Shown here: piece by piece, positions 59,519 to 64,000 of the stretch | Position numbering within the stretch: position 1 is the stretch's first letter | How the letters are laid out: every line of letters starts with the position of its first letter | Origin: Podarcis bocagei | Taxonomy: Eukaryota | NCBI GenBank assembly: GCA_964188305.1 | Contig: OZ076885.1 | Direction: 5' to 3' (one strand) | DNA: 64,000 bases | Translations under genes and position numbers: made by a program | The notes under the pieces: generated by a model | Seen by the model: only the letters and a program-made list of their open reading frames with translations | Told to the model about the DNA's origin: nothing | Database searches by the model: none

Positions 59519-60635
59519 CCTGAGCTCTATTGGGAGGAAGGGTAGAATAGAAATTTATAGAAAATAATAGAATAGAATAATAGAATAGAAAATAATAATA
59601 AAATAACTTCTGGAGGGCTGTAGGTTTTTGATCCCTGACCAGCACCACATTTATTGTTGTTACTAAGAATTACATCTTTCAATCAAGTGATTATTTGGGT
59701 GCAGAATTTAGTGTCTAGGCTGCTTTCATAATAAAAAATGGGAAACAATTTATAGCTCTGCAGTGCACCAAGAATGAAGATTGTGGTAGGTATGGTGACT
59801 CACAGTATTAGAGGAATCAGAGCTGAAAAAAGCGAATAGACATAACGTCACATTTTATTGCATTTTTAGCTTGTCACAGCCTTTGCGTTTCTACGGTAAA
59901 TGTAGCTGTATTTGCATTTATTCTAATGCTCAGTGCCTCGCTTCAGAGTTGTCCAAATGATGTATGTAGGCGTTAAAAGCATTCGGGGGAAATGGAAGTG
60001 TTTGGATAAGACTTTTGGTTTTTTAGATGTGTCATAGTTCAAAGTCATTAGAGTCTCGATTCTTTCAGATTACCTATTTTCTTTTCTAAAAAATAAAAAA
60101 TAAAAAAATACCGGCTGCAGATCATTGGCTTCAAGCTTCCTCGGATTCCCTTGGGAAGGAACATTGACACTGAGAGCAAACATGACGTGCTCAGCTCATA
60201 TTTTAAGACAAGTTACAGCAATTGGGCTTGAATTTTGCTACTTTTTGCGTGCGCATCCTTCACTCATGTGCTGTCAGCTGCAAAGTATGAACACAATTCA
60301 AAACTGGAAGAGGGTTTTAAATTAATGCATTGCATGAAGGCTGTGAGGCACAGGTCCTAGGCAAATGATTTAGTTTAAACTGACTTAGAGCGGTACCACA
60401 TAGGAAACATATGTCGGCTGCCATAAAATAAGGCCTGTATTGAGTTTCTCCTTCATCTCTGGAACGTCCAATGCCGCTTAACCTGTGTCTTGAGTCTTGA
60501 CATCATTATTCTGAAAGCCTATATCAACGGTTGGCAGTGTAGCACAGGCAGGAGGTCATCGCTCACCTGCCTTCACAGTCTTCAGTATAACTACGGTAGA
60601 ACTGGATTTATGGTGGTGAGTACAATCCCCCCAAA

Positions 60636-60994
60636 GGGACACGGGTGGTGCTGAAGGTTAAACCACAAAGCCTAGGACTTGCTGATCAGAAGGTCGGCAG
60701 TTCAAATCCCCGCCACGGGGTGAGCTCCCGTTGCTCGGTCCCTGCTCTTGCCAACCTAGCAGTTCGAAAGCACATCAAAGTGCAAGTAGATAAATAGTTA
60801 CTGCTCCGGCGGGAAGGTAAACGGCATTTCCATGCACTGCTCTGGTTCGCCAGAAGCAGCTTAGTCATGCTGGCCACATGACCTGGAAGCTGTCTGCGGA
60901 CAAATGCCGGCTCCCTCGGCCAATAAAGTGAGATGAGCGCCGCAACCCCAGAGTCGGTCATGACCGGACCTAATGGTCAGGGGTCCTTTACCTT
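60636..60994 (+). mobile_element. Sauria SINE, full length
   Basis: Homologous to 14006-14332; TSD TACAATCCCCCC at 60621 and 60995. Confidence 0.92.
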
Positions 60995-61451
60995 TACAAT
61001 CCCCCCCACAGGGGGCTGAGCCACAGGCCACTGTTCAAAATAATAATGATGATGAATGATGATGATGATAAGCAGAAGGTGAGAGGGAGGAGGGCATGCA
61101 AGTAAGAAATATTGAGGGGGTGCCAAATTTTGTCCTTGCTCAGGGCCATATTACCAAAGTATGACCTGACTGCTAGCTCCTGTGAGATATCGGGGTGAGG
61201 CATGAAAAACTCAGTGCGGTGTGGCTGCTGAGGTGGAGCCAATCCAACACTCCTGTTATGTCTGTACCACACTGAGTTCCCGATGTTTCCGCCTCTCAAG
61301 AACTGACAGTGGAACTGGTGAAGGAAAATGCAAAGGAACGTTTAAGTTGTACTGTATTACAGATTATGGACCAGTAGAGGGTATTCAACATGGGATTGCC
61401 ATTTTTGGCAGTAGCCTCAGTGTTTTTGAAAACCTGTATCTCTTCCCTTTG

Positions 61452-61885
61452 AGTGTAATTTTTTAAATTCAATTTCTGTTTTACATTTTAGAATATCCAC
61501 TTAAACAACCTTAAATTATCAATGACTTCCCCTCCTCTCTTTCCATAGTTCATTTTGCACAACATAAATCCCTGCATATTTTATATAAACTAAACCATTC
61601 AGTACCCCATTATTACATCCATCAAAACTTATTTACACTGTTGAATTTATCTTAATGTGGCCCACATTTTCAAAAAAACACAAGTTTCCTCCATATATTC
61701 AATAAATATTTTCAAATCTTCTTTAAGCATATGTTCTTCTTGTTCTCTTTTTCTATATTTTAAGATTGCAAGCTGCGCATATTCAATCAATTTAAGTTGC
61801 CCATCTTGTTTAGTTGGGACTTAGCTTGTTTTCCATTTTTGGGCTAACAAAACACAGGACATGGTAGTGGCATACATAAATAAAA
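61452..61885 (-). mobile_element. 5'-truncated L1-clade LINE
   Basis: Minus strand reads LFMYATTMSCVLLAQKWK..VPTK....KLIEYAQLA, like the L1 ORF2 C-terminus. 14-bp TSD ATCTCTTCCCTTTG at 61438 and 61886. Confidence 0.85.
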
Positions 61886-62512
61886 ATCTCTTCCCTTTGT
61901 AGCAGGCTGGGTTTACTTATATAAAACATCACAATTCAGGTGTGCATTGTTAGATTCAGATACCATATCTGTATTAAAGATAGGAACCGAAGAGTTAGCT
62001 ATTTCAAAATTAAGTCTAGGTGTGCAGCAATGCTGGGTTTTACTATGAAAGAAATGAAAAATAAATTAGCTCCTCAGTGGGGTTTCCACATTGAGAATTT
62101 TGCATGGGTTTCTGACAGATAGAACTGGAGAGTGTAGGAAGATGATCAGTTGAAATGATCAGTGTCATGAATCATCCTATTATGGAGAAATCGGGCTATT
62201 TCCTTTTTCTTTTTTACCTGAGGAAGGGGGAGAACAAGGGGCATGACAGAAGCATATGATGGTGGGATGGATACAGGGAAAGTGGATCGAGATAAGGACT
62301 AAATCTCCCCAGACATCAACAGGATCATTCAGTGAAGCTGGGAAGCAGCAAATCTGGGACAATGAAAAGGATGCATCAACATACTGGATGGAACATATCA
62401 TAGAAAGTTGTGATAGTCTTTTTTTAAAAAAGGGGGTGGGGTGGGTGGGGCTTGAAAAAGAAATGCACAAGATAAAATGCGTTTTGTCTTCCCTACCTTT
62501 GCAATGAAAATA

Positions 62513-62737
62513 CAGTGGTACCTCGGGTTAAGGACTTAATTTGTTCTGGAGGTCCGTTCTTAACCTGAAACTGTTCTTAACCTGAGGTACCACTTTAGCT
62601 AATGGGGCCTCCTGCTGCCGCCACGTGATTTCTGTTCTCATACTGAAGCAAAGTTCTTAACTGGAGGTACTATTTCTGGGTTAGAGGAGTCTGTAACCTG
62701 AAGCGTCTTGAAGCGTCTGTAACTTGAGGTACCACTG
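62513..62737 (-). mobile_element. Tigger-like MITE family A
   Basis: TIRs and TA TSD. Confidence 0.9.
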
Positions 62738-64000
62738 TATGCTGTGCTGTCATGTTGCTGAGTCGACACATATAATATGTTATAATTGAACTTTGAATAT
62801 TGAAAGCAACTGTTCCCTGCCCCTTTCTAGCTATGTTTCAAAGGAGCATAGGTGGAAAGCCTGCAAAAAGAGCACTTAATCCTTATAGCAGTAAACATCC
62901 CAGCCAGTATCTCCCATGTAGCTCATGAAAGGTCTCAGTCAATACCCCCTCAAAATCCACAATACAAGAGAGACTGTTTGCTTGTCCTGCTCAGTTCCTC
63001 TCCTACATTGAAACAGATATCTATTTTGCTCAGTAACTCCCCCCCAACAACATAGACCACAATCTATCCCCACTGAAATGCATGGAAGATATGCAAGAAT
63101 ATTGCTGATTTGGCACAAGAGAAGATTCCAGTGGATTGGGCCCATAATCTTTTCATATATCACTTTGTATTTATAGTAAGTTTAAGAAAGACAAAGAAAA
63201 GGAAGAAACTGTTTTGCTTAGTATGAAAGAAAGCCACAAAATGAGCATTCAGCATGAGGAGTATGTCAAGGAACAACAGTACCTTATACAACACTCTGGA
63301 AAAATGGTAAAAAGTACAAGTGTTCACACCATATTGTAAAGTAAATTCTTTAGAAATTGCTCTGTTATCTCAGAGGTAGCAGACATACCATATGCCGTGT
63401 CTAGCAGTTGCTATGGTAACTACTCTTAAAATTTTAACACAGGAGAAACGGTTGCCTAAAATCTCCATGGCTTGGGAGGCCATATTCTGCTCAATAGTTA
63501 ATGCCTTGAGCTTCATTAATAATCTTAATGCAGATTTAGAGTTCCATTTAAAAAAATTGTATTTAAATTGCATCATAATTGTGGGATATGGTAGTATTTG
63601 ATACTTCTGGTTTTAGGTAGGTTCACACATTACAGTTGTGATACTGAACCTGCCTAAAACCTTATTTGCGTTGTGGCTCCTTAATATGGAACCTGAGGTG
63701 TGCAGCAGGGTGTATCTTGTATGCATGTATTGATTACCCCAGTCATGGACAGTCTCTGTGTCATCACCCAGCTATTCTAAAAGTGGCACACTGCATCCAG
63801 GAAGCTATAGCAGTGAGATGGGCTTGGCCAATATTGCAAGTCACTCTTATGACCACCATTTTATTATTATGCAGAGGCTGTTTCAAGTGGTCTTCACCTG
63901 GCTATTGCACAGCACACATTTTCCCATGGGAGCGAAACAAACCACAATAGACTCAGCTATACAGCTGCAAATATAAGGTTTTAAGTGTGTTTTAAGTGCA

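Overview
Vertebrate genomic DNA, most likely a lacertid lizard (inferred from Sauria/Squam-type SINEs). Two genes lie head-to-tail on the minus strand. G2E3 is complete: a non-coding exon 1 in a CpG island at about 39.3 kb, then 15 coding exons from ATG 32333 to stop 18113, giving 2235 nt / 744 aa. SCFD1 (Sly1) is partial: exons 1-8 run from ATG 12199 down to 2253 and the gene continues beyond the left edge. This is the same gene order as in human. All exon boundaries were read from the sequence and the phases add up. The rest is intron or intergenic sequence dense in L2, L1 and CR1 fragments, tRNA-derived SINEs, Tc1/mariner and hAT MITEs and solo LTRs, plus a 222-N gap. Most notable observations: (1) three dissimilar solo LTRs (51006, 57877, 59018) each carry a decayed acidic-then-basic ORF that fills U3 and starts in the same frame relative to the LTR's first base, one with an SPRRSARL motif; (2) G2E3 has His at the position of the HECT catalytic Cys; (3) G2E3 has an extra frame-preserving 129-nt exon downstream of a GC-AG donor. 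Repeat family names and comparisons with human proteins are from memory, not database searches.
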